64,000 nucleotides of DNA from Octopus bimaculoides (lineage: Eukaryota). Shown in pieces: positions 23,474 through 37,049 of the stretch. Below the pieces are notes generated by a model that was not told the DNA's origin, made no database searches, and saw only the letters and a list, made by a program, of their open reading frames with translations. The DNA is taken from contig NC_068981.1 of the NCBI RefSeq assembly GCF_001194135.2, positions 38,838,196-38,902,195 on the forward strand, in the 5' to 3' direction. A program made the position numbers and the translations under genes. The first letter of the stretch is position 1. Every line of letters starts with the position of its first letter.

Positions 23474-26400
23474 TATAAAAGTTTTAGTATTTTATATTTG
23501 ATTATTATTTCCAGAGATATATTTTATACATAGCTTGGGGAAGTGTTTTCCTGATCCATTTTACTGAAGCAAATTTTTATGTTCTTTTCTGATTCTTATA
23601 TGTTTCCTTCATTGTTGATTCTCATTAACTGGTTGTGGGATGAATTTTCCATGGAATTCTTTTCAGCTGATCAGGTTGGATATGTACATTGTACAGAAGC
23701 ATGTTGCATAGACTGTACTTGTTCCTGGGTGGTGGATGTAATCAATCATTTAACATAACACAACTAGACATTTGCATGCTCTTAGTAGACTCTACTTTTA
23801 AACAAGTGTTGTGATCAAGTCTCTGATCTGAGGATAATTTTGTATTCTGATACACTGCTTCATATTGCAGTTACCCATAATTCATGCTTTCTTCTTTTCT
23901 TTTCCCACCAGCCTTGGAGACCCCTTGAGAAGTACATTGGCTGTCTCTTCCATGTCTAAATAAGCCATAAATATAATAAATCTTGCCTTAAATATTCACC
24001 TGGGGAAATTAATAGTAAGGAGAGTAATACTACAGTTTTCTTACGTTGCAGTCACTACCTAATTCTAGCATCAGACCAAAACATTTGGTGATAGTGTAAC
24101 TTCATTCTGTTATATTATCCATAATTGTATGAAATGTTAATAACCCCTGATATGTAACCATTTGACGAAAGAAAAACAAAAACTGACCCTTAAAAATTGA
24201 TAATGTATGTTGCATATCATTTAATTGTTTACTAAATAACTTTTACTTAAATTAGGCTTGAAGAACTTGGCAAAATACTTAATAACAGTATTTAACCAGT
24301 GTAAACAGTTTGGATAAGAAAGAGAAATACTGAGTATATTTAAAAGTAACATAGAGTAAGGCTGCCACAAGGAATAGATAACATGGTAATAGTAGAAGAG
24401 AGTGAAACAGATAATAACTATGTGATGAGGAAGAAATTAGAAGCAGCTTAAGATGCTTGGTATTACCTTTCAGATGATTGGTCTTTTTCATGCCTATAAA
24501 ATGTAATATATTGCACAAATATAATTTTTTCTATTCATAAGTGGAATTCTGTTTCTGTAATTGTTCAAGAACAGAAAAAAGTTAGATCAATAATTCAAGT
24601 TAGGTACTTCACACAGTCTCTTAACGAATAATTGATTAACATTTGGGCAAAACTGATAAATATTATTGATATGAGAGAAAGTAGTAGAGAATCCTATAAT
24701 TTCTATCAAATTGACTCTATCAAGCAGTTCTTCTGTAGCAATAGAAATTTAAACAAACATAATCTTGGCTTTGCAGAAATGAAATAACTGCAAAGAAAAT
24801 TAGTCAAAATACAATAGGCAGTAGCATATTGAATACGAGATATGGATCGTTTGGAAACACTTGTGGGATTTGAGGCTTTATAATAGTAGTCAAGCAGGAA
24901 TTGATTATAGAAGTTCTAAAGAAAACCTAATCGATGTTTTCCATCAACACCAGTAATATTATCTCTGCCAATATCACAATCATTACTATTTCTTCTGTCA
25001 GTATGAACAAAACTAGTCATTCATATCCCATAACAATTCATCAAGATGAAAAGCAATTTAGTGTGGGCCTTTTTAATCTGCATATTACACAAAGTTGAGG
25101 GTCAACAAAGGGTTAATATTACTCTAAAATAGACCATAATTTCTTATTTATAGCCTGCAGAGTTATATATGCAGTTTGATTTCAGATAATTGCAATCATG
25201 TTATAAAAGAAATTTCTAGAAATACATTGTGATCAGACAAACATATCATTTAATAATTAAATACAGTTCAGTATATGAGTATAGAAAATATGCTCATGAT
25301 TTAGTTAATTAGTATAACGATAGAATACACATGATGTGATTAAAATGTGATATGGTGCATGCTTATTTCTATTTCCCGTTATTCTAACAGTTTTATGTTT
25401 TGCTTTAAAACACATGACTTTCTGCAAACTACACAGTTTAAATTGAAAAATACTATTTGAGCTATATTAAGTTCTTGAACAAGATAAGTAACGCACTTTA
25501 ATATATAGCAAGCTAGAAAATAATAATCCTGGAATAAATTTTGTATCATCATCATCATTATCATCTCCATCGTTGTCATTGTTGCTGTCATCATTGTCGT
25601 TGTTATTGTTATCATATAAATAATAGCAAAGAGAAAATATTGTCAAGTATTGTCAAATAAGATAACAATCTCCTCAATCTTTTCCAACATTTTCAGATCT
25701 CAGTGATTGAGTTTAGTTTGCTAGAATGTAGAAAATCCATAGTAAAGTATTGAATTATGTAAAATATTAACTATTATTTGCTCAAATTTGAATATAAAAC
25801 CATTTTCATTTTATGTTTTACTTAATGAATATAATGCATCATAAATATTCATTTTATTAAAGACTTTCATTAAGATTTATAGGGAACTTTTAGATTTTTA
25901 ATAGGCATTCTTCATTATTTTTTATTCCTTAATTCTTAAAATCCTGTAGTGTTTTCTCTTTATAAATCTCCTAGTCCTGTCAGAAGCTAAAGGCTTTAAT
26001 GACATGAAGTTAATCCAGTAAAAAAATCATAACTGCACGAATTTAGATCAAAATTAGTGATAGAAAATAATGATTGCTGCTGTACACTGTGAATGGGATT
26101 TTACCTGTTGTTGATTTTTATCTGTTGCCATGTCACTTTCATCTAGTGATGTAGGTTGAACACATGTAAGTTGATTACACATACATTTTTTTGTTTTTGT
26201 TTTTGTTTTTACATATAGTTGCAAGATATCAGTTCATAGACATCAAATTACTGTCTCAATGCTCAATTTATGTACCAATAGCTTCTGCAACTTAGAAACT
26301 TCACAAATCCCATAAGAAAAAAGCCTCTTGAAATATGCCATCATCTTCTCCTTTCACAGGTTTCTTAAGCCCATATCACTAATAATTTATGTTGTTTACT

Positions 26401-26651
26401 CTTCTTACAGTATATAAGCTCTCCTCATAAATCCACCATTATGCAGAGATCCTACACTTAAAATGTATCAGAAAATTCTTTTTAATCTATAACATTCACT
26501 AATAAAAGCACCAATGCAATGATTATCTCTTGCACTTTTCCTCGATCAGTTAATTCCAATATAAATTCCTTGCTCATGTTACAAATGACAGTGAAGTTTC
26601 ACTGATTATTTTCTCAAAGTACGTTTTGCTAATTAAAACATTAATGAATAA

Positions 26652-26981
26652 TTATGAATGAAGACAGCTGTGTGAAGAAGTGCCACACTCTAATGGTGGA
26701 GGGAACCTGTGGAAAAAGTACACTCAGGAAGATATAGGACGAGTTGGTGAAGCATGATCTTCGAATGTTGGGCCTCATGGAGGCAATGAGAAGTGACTGA
26801 GACCATCGGTGACATGCTGTGCTTGAGAAGACCTGTCAAGCCAAGAGAGCTCATAGTCATGGCCGATGCCAGTGTCATGTAACTAACACATAAAAATCAT
26901 CCATCAAACACCAGTTTTCAGCCAAACCATCCAACCCATGCCAGCATGGAAAGCAGGCGTTAAATGATGATGATGATGATG
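26652..26981 (+). mobile_element. RTE LINE 3' end (ORF2 C-terminus plus terminal module and (GAT)n tail)
   Basis: MNEDSCVKKCHTLMVEGTCG...I*DELVKHDLRMLGLMEAMRSD, then aaccatccaacccatgccagcatggaaagcaggcgttaaatgatgatgatgatgatga. Confidence 0.85.
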
Positions 26982-27181
26982 AGATTATTTAGTAGTGTTA
27001 CCAAATTTTAGCTTGCTGTCTGAGGTACTATGAGCCATAATGCTTGAAAATCAAACGAAAAATATCCCTCCCTCCCTTATTCACATATCAAATCACAAAA
27101 GCAAAACTACACATGACATAAGAAATCTTTTGATAAGAAGTTCTTTTTAAAATGACGCTAAACTCTTTTTTTCTCACATAG

Positions 27182-27268
27182 GAAAGAGCTTATTTCCTGT
27201 TTTTTGGGCACCGAAATAATAACACAATTTGAATTGGAGTTATGTGCTATTCAAGATTCAGTGACAAG
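27182..27268 (+). CDS. Candidate internal exon of an unidentified host gene (87 nt, phase 2-2)
   Basis: Acceptor ctctttttttctcacatag, donor AAG|gtatca; single open frame KELISCFLGTEIITQFELELCAIQDSVT. No protein family recognised. Confidence 0.35.
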
Positions 27269-27339
27269 GTATCATTCACAATGAATAATTATATTTGTTA
27301 AGCAATAGCACAAAGGAATATATTTGTTACTGACATATA

Positions 27340-28003
27340 TTCTGTGAATCTCTTTTAGACAACTGACATTGACACTGAGACAAGTGGAAAAGTATCTCAG
27401 GACTGTATTCATGAGTGATGGAATACAAGAGGCTGAACTGGATGCTAGTATTAAAGGTGCTGGCATAGTAATGCACCAGCTCTAGTATTCGATCCTCAAA
27501 AGAGAAGAATATAATGAAAAAAACTTGATTCACTATCTTCAATTCGATTTTCAAACATATTTTTATCTATGGCCATTAATGTTGCATAATGACTGAGTGA
27601 GTATGATCTCAAATACAAGAATCTAAAATGGAATTCTTTTGAAAGATTTTTGGAGTAACATTACTCAACAGAGTTCGTAGCTTGGAGATCAGAGTTTCTT
27701 CCTGTGTTGAGCTGCTACTCCTCCATAGTGAGAGATCACTGCTCATCATTCAGACATGTGATTAGAATTTACAGGACTGAATCACAAGCTAGATTCTTCT
27801 TGCTAAGTCAACTGGCAGGAGACCTAGGTGTAGAACAAGAACGAGATGTCTGGATAATATCCACGTTGTCAGTTGGTCATGCTTGGGAATCCATCTTTAA
27901 AATCTAATGACGGTTACTTCTGATACGGTCTGATGGCAGAGTTGCTTGAGGACTTTCCCCACCTACCCATGATCCTTATGGATGGGTGGATGGATAGATA
28001 GAC
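27340..28003 (+). mobile_element. Rex3-like RTE LINE 3' part
   Basis: QVEKYLRTVFMSDGIQEAELDASIKGAGIVMHQL...LTIFNSIFKHIFIYGH..IMTE..SQIQESKMEFF.KIFGVTLLNRVRSLEIR...LLLLHSERS...GRRPRCRTRTRCLDNI...SWSCLGI, ending in a (GGAT/AGAT)n tail. Collinear with fish Rex3 ORF ends as I recall them. Confidence 0.75.
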
Positions 28004-28099
28004 AATGCCTCATCACTTTGATCTTAGTTTGTTGTTACTTCTAAACTACTTCTGCTCGCAGCTTGTCTTCTGTGGTGTTGTTTTACTCCACGAGTCCCC

Positions 28100-28620
28100 T
28101 GTCTGTTGCTTTCATTATGAGCAGCAATAGATTTTGTATTTGTAGCTATGTGCAACCTGACCAGTTAGTAGTGACAATCAATTTCTCCTTACCTAGAACA
28201 CTAGAACACTACCTTCACCTACATACTGATAAGCAGCACCCTTCTGTGCACTACCCTGCCCCCTTATCTATGCACCCACACATTAACATACATATTTATT
28301 GACTTGTTCATACTACACTCAAAGTACATTATCATTATTTGCTCTGCTCTCCTGAACACTCACTCACCCCCCTCCCCAGACACACACACACACACACAAA
28401 CCTATACAATTATACAACATACTTATATTATATTACTTATATTACTTACGTTCACTCACCTACACATTTCCCTTACACATCTTGTGTATTTCACCATCAC
28501 TCTATTTGTTGAAAAGAACCATTCTACACACTTTTTGCTATATCCACTTTCATTGGCCATCCACTATGCTGATTTTGCTGTAAACAACTTATATTTCTTC
28601 TTCTTTTATTTATTCTGTAA
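28100..28620 (+). mobile_element. Possible decayed PLE 3' end
   Basis: SYVQPDQLVVTINFSL resembles the PLE endonuclease terminus (QPxGLNxDFSF), followed by a pyrimidine/CA-rich tract. Weak. Confidence 0.3.
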
Positions 28621-29949
28621 TATTTTCAACAATGTACACTGATTTCTACTCTGCTTCTTCCTTATTGAGTAATTATATTCATTATACTCTGTTTGTATAT
28701 TGGTTTTTCTCTGACATTCTTTTTTTCAATATTTGTTAATGAATTTGACTACCCAAACTGGTTACTGGTTACTGCTTACTTTATTTAATTAGAATCATCA
28801 AATATGTGCTATTTAGAATGCATGCATGTTTGTGTGTGCTTTGGAACATTAATTTTATTATCAACTGATTAAAAATCATAATAATTTCTGTATTTTCTGA
28901 TAGTAATTCTTCTTCCAGTTGTGCCATTGGTACCAACAGAAAATATTCATGTATTTTAGACCCACAATCAGACATAATAACTTCAACCTTCTTTCCATCT
29001 GTCTGTTGTTCTTGAAAAAATACTCTCAATTTAGGGTTAACAGTGAAAACTTAATTGGCCCCTGTAACTATTTCATTTTAAACAAATCTATTCTATTATG
29101 TTAAATTTTCAATACTTGGGATTGGTTTCCAGAAAATTAATATTAAAAGTTGTTTTCAATATATTTACTAACCTTTTGCCAAAAATTGTTTATCAGTAGT
29201 CTTAAACCACTAATAAAGTCTCATTTGGTTTCCAGCATTCACCTGAAGAAAGTTTTATGTAATAAGTCTTTATGAGGACAAGAAATGTAAATAAATGTTA
29301 TTCCAGTATATGTAATCTCCAATTAACTGTATATCTATATTCTTTTAATGGTACAATTAAGTATTACCAAACTAAATGAACTACCAATAATTAAAATTGT
29401 TTTTAATCTAATTCATAGGAAATCAACTTATTATTTCATACATATTCTTCTTAATGGCAACAATAAAAATTGGCAAACTCTTATAGTGTATCAATAAGTA
29501 AATTCGTTTATTCAAACATGTTTGATAACATTGTAAAGGGATCTGGTATTCTAGCTCAGAGCTTAATAAACTGAATGTACCTATCAGGATCATCATTTTA
29601 GTTCAAACTGGAATTTTCTCTGAATTCAATGTGACTTAGAGCACTCCTCATTTATTTATAAACAGAATTTAGCCTGAATACCTATAGTGTTGTCTTGATA
29701 AACAAGGTACAATAATTATGGATGTTATATGAAATTCACTATGTAAATTTCAGAATAAGTGCATTAGTTTGCATGGAGGATGCAACCATGGCTAATGAAA
29801 TGAAGTTCTGTGCTAATCTAACCATTTGGAAAAGATAAAATCTGGGATCTAAGGCAAGGGATCTTCACATAGCACAAACTGCCAGAATTAACAGCCAATA
29901 AGAGATAAAATAATCTTGAATATAAGATGCTATAATATAAGATGAATAT

Positions 29950-30335
29950 AACATGCTAGAAAAAATATGGGATATATAGGATGGTCAAAGATAGAATGCT
30001 GGTCAGAGAATGACAATTTAACAAGCAGTAAAGGTCACAGAAACACGGAGCCCAACGCTACAAGAAATCTTCCCAAGACATCATCTTCTCCTTCTTCTCT
30101 CCAGTGACATGATAAATAATATTCTGACTCTTTCATGGCCATCTGTCTATCAACATCGTAATATACTCACACATCAATGAAACAAACAAAAAGCATTTTA
30201 ATAAGTTTCTCAAAAATGTCTGGTGCAACTGGTTCCACCAGGATACAGAGTCATGGCTTGCTGAATTCAACAATACTACAATTACAGACATAGACGTTGT
30301 AGCACATGCATTGAAACAAAAAAATCATTGTAGGT
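29950..30335 (+). mobile_element. Possible ancient R4/Dong-like pre-RT remnant
   Basis: Open frame HINETNKKHFNKFLKNVWCNWFHQDTESWLAEFNNTTITDIDVVAHALKQKNH resembles the FWxxIW...H...WL...I...V..AL segment preceding R4 RT. Confidence 0.4.
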
Positions 30336-32839
30336 ATATCCAAATGCTTATTTTCATAAGGTTGACATTATAACTCCATTTATATAACAGAAATAAGCTA
30401 GCTGCAGCAAATCTAAGCAGAATTTCATGCTATAGCAACACTGCAGACAATGGAAATAACATTCAGTATCAAACAACTAAACAAAGAAACAAAAAAAAAA
30501 CAAGTATAAACTATAAAAGATAGAAAACTGACTGATATTTGTATCCAATATAAAGCAGAATATAAAATTGCAAAATACTAGACAAAATAATTTACAACCT
30601 CTAATTTATCATATTTCATACTAATGACATTCTAATTTATGCAGACTTAGATAAACTGTTGTTCTCACAAGGCAAAATATTTCCAAACATCATACTCTCA
30701 GCTTTTCTCTTGGGTAGATGCACCTGGCATCGTGCTCCCCGCCTGGAATTGTTTAGAATTACACCTAATAGTGAGATCTTTCAGATTCGATATCTTCCTT
30801 CCAGTTATCTCTTATTCTTTTTGTTTCCAACTCATTGTAACTCTTAACCTAAGGCAATAACCAACAATCATACTGAGAATTACATCATCCTGGGGGAAGG
30901 ATGAAATATACACAAACACACATACACAAACACACACACACAAACTTGTCTTATTCTGTGGTAAGTACACAAAGCTGGAGATGAAAGGGGATGAGCATAT
31001 GACTGAGAATGAAAAGCTTCAGCTCAACAGTCTAGGAAACTTCACTAGAATAAAAATTTTATTTAAATCGGACAATAAGTGGTGGGTGAAAAAAGTGTTG
31101 TTTGTTGTTGGTGAGGAGTTACTTTTAAAGAGGAATACCAAAGGAAATTGCTAGAAATGTGGTGAGGTGGTGAGATCACATCTCAGAACACTGGGCTTCA
31201 TAAAAGAGATGACAATGGGTCAGGATGATTAGCAATATTTCGACAGCAGATGTTAAAACTTTGATGATGCTATTGATTTCTGAAGGAAGTTTAAACTTCT
31301 AACAATTATAAGAAAACTTAATAAGTTTTGAGGTTTGGAAGAACAGCCACCTGTAAAACCTACTGTTGTTAAATATTTTTCACAGATGTCTAATTTGATT
31401 ATGGAGTACTAAGTATGTAGATATTGGAAAGCTGATTTAGGTCTGGTGCAGAATAAATCAATATAAGTGAAGATATACAAATGAATTTTCTAAAACTTTC
31501 ATATTAAATTTATCAATTAACTAGAAATGAATTTCATTTGTAATATAACAAAAATACTCCTATTCTTTAAGAGAAAATTCGTACAGAATATGCATATCAA
31601 TCCGTTTAGAAAATAGAAATATTCCTAATAAAGTATTTACATTTGCATTTGTATGTTCTTATTTGCTTACTTAGGCATATTTTGTGGTGATGTTATGTAG
31701 CTATTAATTGGGAGTCCAAACCTGTTGAAGTGCTGACAATTCATATAATTAGTACTGTAAATAAAACTGACAGCATAGAAAGATCCAGTTTATTATTGCA
31801 TGTAATGTATATTTTATTTACATCGTAATAAGTTGTTGCTACACCTCTCACACAAACAATTAATTTAACTCTTATTGTATTTTTCTTACATTATTCCTAT
31901 GAAATATAAAATATGTCTGACTGTCTGCCTCTCTCTCTCTTTCTCTCTCTTTCTCTCTCTCCCTCTCTCCCTCTCTCTCTCTTTCTTTCTTTCTCTCTCT
32001 CAATAAGACTATTCCACACATTACACATTACTCTGTTTTTCTCACTTATGTTTTACAGACAAATCTACCTTCGGATACATATCAGTGTATTATTCAATAG
32101 CAATCTCGGCTTGCTCATTTTCTCTTGTATTTATCTTCAAATTTGATGATATTCTAAATCAACTTGCCATCTAAGTAACTTAGACCAGAATTTGAGTGCT
32201 GTGCAATACACTGCAGAATTTATTAGTTAATCAGTACTCTTTATTTTGACAAAATATTATTGACCAAATTATGATAAAGAATCCATTTTTTAAAGTGAAA
32301 ATTCTGTTTTGGATGGTGGCTTTAAGCCCTCGTGTCTGTCAGGTGTTTGATACTAACAAATTTAACTCAAAATATCAAATTCTGTTACCTTTCCCTTATA
32401 AAGTTTTGAACAATACATGATGTATTTATTTATATATCAAAGTCTTTTCCTATATTTCTTTAAAAGCTGTTTAAATGCAAAAATTTTCCATATTTTCAAC
32501 TGTGTTTGTTTAACATTAACATTTACTCGTGAGTCCTGTTCCAGTCACTGAATAATTTATTGTCTAAACATTCCATTCCTTCTCAAATGTATTATTTTGT
32601 TATAATTATCAAATCCTGAATTGGTCTTTATGGTGGTAAGGAAAAAAGGTTAAATAAACATCAGATAGGCTTTGCCTCATGCAGAAATTGCAGATGATAC
32701 AAAAAGTACTTGTATGTTTTTCTCTTGAAGCTTTCAGAATGTCAGAAACATTTCTGTATCATCAGTGGGTATCTTAGAATTACAAGTATTTCATCCCTAA
32801 GCCTGTACACTTCAACTGAATTTTGTAGCAAGGAGTGAA

Positions 32840-33035
32840 TTAGTCTTCACTTGTGGAAGAGTACCATCTGCAGTCTCTTGTCAACCACAGCCACCTTGAG
32901 CTGGTTTCAACTGCTATGCCTGTCTCTTTGGTGGCTTTCTTCAGCTGTTTGGGTCCCATACCGATCTTCTGCATGAAATAGTGCACTGAGTTAGGGGAAA
33001 ACTGAGGCAGTCGATTTCAATAGGAACAAATATTT
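32840..33035 (-). mobile_element. HERO-like (R2 superfamily) non-LTR retrotransposon extreme C-terminus
   Basis: FVPIEIDCLSFP(frameshift)NSVHYFMQKIGMGPKQLKKATKETGIAVETSSRWLWLTRDCRWYSSTSED*. The PVEVGCRGF...AE.ASRWLWL pattern is characteristic of HERO-type elements. Confidence 0.75.
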
Positions 33036-34667
33036 CAATGAAACTTCGATGATTCCACTACAATATGACATATAGTTTCTAAACAATTATTTGAATGAAA
33101 AAGGTATACATCATAGCCAACTTTGGAAGGATAAAAAAAATAAATTTTTGCCTATTTATCTGACCTTTACATTATAAAAGCATTTCATTATTTTCATCTA
33201 CACCACATTTCAATTCGTTTGATCACAGATCATCATGAAATACTTTTTCTTAAACCAGTCGGGATTCAAAGTGCCTATGTCTCTAAACAGGGTAATAATG
33301 TTTATATTGCTATGCCACTAATCCATATACATTTAGATGTTTAATTATCTTTAATAGACTTTGATCTTACAGTTTTATATTGCTATGTTATTTTATAGTA
33401 TCGAGTTTGACTTTTAGCCTTTGCACTACCTTCTCAACACAGAAGTCAACAAAAGAATTAACGTAGAACTTTCAAAACATTTTTGCTATTTTCTCAGTTT
33501 TGCTTAAGTTGCAAAAAAAATGAGGTCACTTTACCACTACTTCGAAGTTTTAAGCTCATAGACTGTGTGTATGCAAAGCAAAATAAAACAAGTTTAACAG
33601 TCTTTAAATTGAAAAATCTTCACTTGAGAATTTTTTTATTCTTATTCTTATTTCACTAAGATTTTCAATAATGTAAATGACTGTCAAATTGACTTATTTC
33701 AGCTGAGAGGTTTAAACAAATGCTGTTCAATCAATTTTCTTCTTATTAGATGAATCTTTGTAATGGCAAATTTACATGAGACAACATACAAAGAAGACAT
33801 AGAATGTTTGGCACAACTAACAACGTGCCAAAACGTAATCATTCATTTGTTTTCTAAATCAAGTCTAAATTACATTAATCAAAATAATTAATCTTCAAAG
33901 CTGAAACAAGATTATGCCAAGATGTTTCTTAAGGTTGTACAATGACTGCCAACCATTAAACAGGTAGTATCATTGATAGTGAAAATCCTACAGGCTGAAC
34001 TTCTTCCAAATTATGCATAGATACATGTGTGTGTGTGTGTACACACATACATACAGTCATACATGTGTGTGTGTGTATTATGTAGTATTATTAACCATCT
34101 ATTACTCTCCCCCCACCCACTATGAAAATATCCCATGACCCACTGTCCATGTCCTCTCTTATGCTCACCTTGTTGTCCCTTGAGAGTTTGCTGTAACTGC
34201 CCATCATTATCTTCCTTTTATGATCTTCAGCTATGCATCTCCTCTATAGCAAGACACCTGTGCTTATCCCTCTACCATATTTTAGCCTTTCAACATATGG
34301 CATAAAAACCACCCACCTACACCTTCAACTCTCAAATACTCCTTTCTTAGTAGTGGGAGTGTTTTCGATTTTTGTTTGTTCTTTTTATTTTGTCTTGCTA
34401 GTTACATGGTAATCTTATTAGTGCTGGTGGCATGAAAAATCCACACAGTACACACAATAAAGTGGTTGGCATTAGTAAGGGCATCAGGCCATATAAACCT
34501 TGTCAAAGCTGACACTGGAGCTCATTGTGACCTTGCAGCTCCCTGGATCCTGTCAAACTGCCCAACCCATGCCAGCATGGCAAACATATGCTAAATGATG
34601 ATGTTGATGATGATATGTATATATTCATATACATAATCATATATATATATATATATATATTTATATA

Positions 34668-34819
34668 GGTGCAGGAGTGGTTGTGTGGTAAGGGTAAGTA
34701 ACTTGCTTACCAACCACATAGTTCTGGGCAAGTGTCTTCTACTATAGCCTCGGGCTGACCAAAGCCTTGTGAGTGGATTTGGCAGACGGATACTGAAAGA
34801 AACCCGTCGTATATGTATG

Positions 34820-34886
<67 letters not shown>

Positions 34887-35092
34887 ATATGTTTGTGTGT
34901 CTCTTTTTGTGCACTCAACATCGCTTGACAACCGATGCTGGTGTGTTTACGGTTCAGCAAAAGAGACCGATAGAATAAGTACTAGGCTTACAAAGAATAA
35001 GTCCTGGGGTCGATTTGCTTGACTAAAAGCAGTGCTCCAGCATGGCCGCAGTCAAATGACTGAAACAAGTAAAAGAGTAAAAAGAGTAAAGA
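34668..35092 (+). mobile_element. tRNA/CORE-like SINE with expanded internal (TA)n/(TG)n and (AAGAGTA)-type tail
   Basis: ggtgcaggagtggttgtgtggtaag...gggcaagtgtcttctactatagcctcgggctgacc...aacccgtcg[(TA)n]...gatagaataagtactaggcttacaaagaataagtcctggggtcgat...gactgaaacaagtaaaagagtaaaaagagtaaagag. Confidence 0.85.
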
Positions 35093-35182
35093 GTATATAC
35101 ATGACGATGATGGTGATGATGATGATTATGATGATGATGATGATATATACACAAAGAAATCTTTGTTAAATTAAGAATTCAT

Positions 35183-35940
35183 CGTCATCATTTAATGTCT
35201 ATTTTCCATACTGTCACAGGTTGAACAGTTTGACAGAAGATGGTGTCTATTTTGACATGGTTTCTACAACTGGATGTCCTTCTTAATGCCAACCATTTCA
35301 CAGAGTATATTGAGTATTCTTATACAGCATTGGCACAGGTGTTTTTTATGTGACACTGGCACTCATGAGCCCACAAGATTCGGAATGCTTAGAAGAAGAG
35401 GAGTGCAAGGGACATGCCCGTATGCAAGGACAACCTCGATTTTGCTTAGCTTTATGTGTCTTCTCAGGCACAGCAAACCACCAGGAGTCTCAGTCCTCTG
35501 TCATCTCCTCTGTGAGGCCCACATCTGAAGATTTTTTCTTACCATTTCATCCCACAATTTTCTGAGTCTATTCTTTCCACATATTCCCTCTACAATTAGA
35601 GATTAGCACTTCTTGCTGCAACTGTCGTCATACATGCACATTACATGATTGTACCATCATAGTCTTCTCTTTTGCATGCTACATCTGATGCCTTGTAGTC
35701 TTTTGCACACTGCATCTGATATACAAGGCATTAGATATGAGTTTCCTCAGATGTGAGTTTCCTCTCAACTCACTTATACTCTGTTGGATATGCACACTGA
35801 CATTACCCATCCAGCTGAGCATACTAGCTTCATTTCTTTCAAGCCTTCATATATCCTCAGCAGTCACAACCCATGGCTCACTGCCATGTAACATAGCTGT
35901 TCATAGACAGGCATCATACAATCTGTCTTTCACTCGGGAG
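35183..35940 (-). mobile_element. RTE LINE 3' fragment with terminal module
   Basis: Minus: RVKDRLYDACL*TAMLHGSEPWVVTAEDI*RLERNEASMLSWMGNVSVH...WDEMVRK...; then the ggttggcattaagaaggacatccag module and (GAT)n tail. Confidence 0.85.
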
Positions 35941-36563
35941 GAGAGGTCCAATCTGTAAAAAAACAGAATGACATAAACCTTTTGGAAGGAAGTTTTTGTA
36001 TTATCTTAAGTACTTGAAATGTTTACAGTTCTACAAACATGTATCATGGGGTATTCCTTATGTATAATAACACAAATGCATTTTAAAGGAAGCAAGAACA
36101 TTCTTTTGCATAAATTGACATTATTACAAATGTTCATCCTTTTCTAAATATAAGCTGATTAAATTAAATTAAATTAAATTAAATTAAAAATGCATTTATA
36201 TTGCACACAAAAGAAATATAGAATTTAACTTCAAGTACTTTGCAAAGTACTCTAAAACTTAATGAAATGATCACAATAACTTGTATTGAAAAGAGGTAAA
36301 TATCATTAAACAAGGTTTGCATTTCCAACAAAACCAAGGCAAAGAACATGACATGCCCTCCTCCTCTTTTTATTCCTACTTTCTGCTTCCTCCTCCTCCT
36401 CTTCACCATCATCACCATCATTGTTATAGGTCCACAGTCTGGGATGGCATGGGTTGACTGGATCTGCCCTTCCAGATGGATCAAAATGACCTCATCTTGC
36501 AAATTCCTTTTGGCTTGGCTTCTATGACTGGATGTCCTTTCTAACACCAACCACTTTACAGAA

Positions 36564-36914
36564 TGCTTTTACCATTTTACTGGCTACTGTGTTCACATCA
36601 CCAGCACTAGAGAAGTGCCTTGTCCTCAACAAGACTAAAGTGTTCTTACAATTTCACAATTTTCAATTTGACTAGAAGCAACAGAAAGCAAACACAATAC
36701 AGTAAGAATTAAGAGGAATAAGGAGTGATTGATAGATAACCAATAGACATGGTTGCAAGAATCCAATGTATGAGCAATAAAAGCACAGGTGTAGGAATGC
36801 AATGCATGGCAAGATAATGCAAGGTATAATAAACAAAAGAAAGAACCACTGCTGTCCTTAGTCATACAAACAACATAGTTACAGTGTGCTTTTACCATTT
36901 TACTGGCTACTGTG
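36564..36914. repeat. Identical 28-bp direct repeats (36564-36591 and 36887-36914)
   Basis: tgcttttaccattttactggctactgtg occurs twice, each preceded by ttacag plus 2 nt. Confidence 0.9.
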
Positions 36915-37049
36915 AGGGAGGAAATATGAAATGGCTAATATGGGCATGGTCACATGAAGCATGAGTGAATAAAATAAAAGCATGTGTGAAAGGGATATAG
37001 GTGACAGTGTATGACAGAGTATTTTTATGAAGGGGATGGGACAAGTTTT

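Noticed and set aside
23876-23956. 81-nt minus-strand exon candidate (TWKRQPMYFSRGLQGWWEKKRRKHELW)
   Set aside because: Two frames are open and no family is recognised. Neighbouring sequence weakly resembles the N-terminus of the minus-strand R4 remnant at 20950-22210, so it is not supportable as a host exon.
27930-28000. Minus-strand IMGRWGK motif resembling a DIRS tyrosine recombinase C-terminus
   Set aside because: No upstream HSFRIG motif, and the plus strand is convincingly explained as a Rex3-like RTE end.
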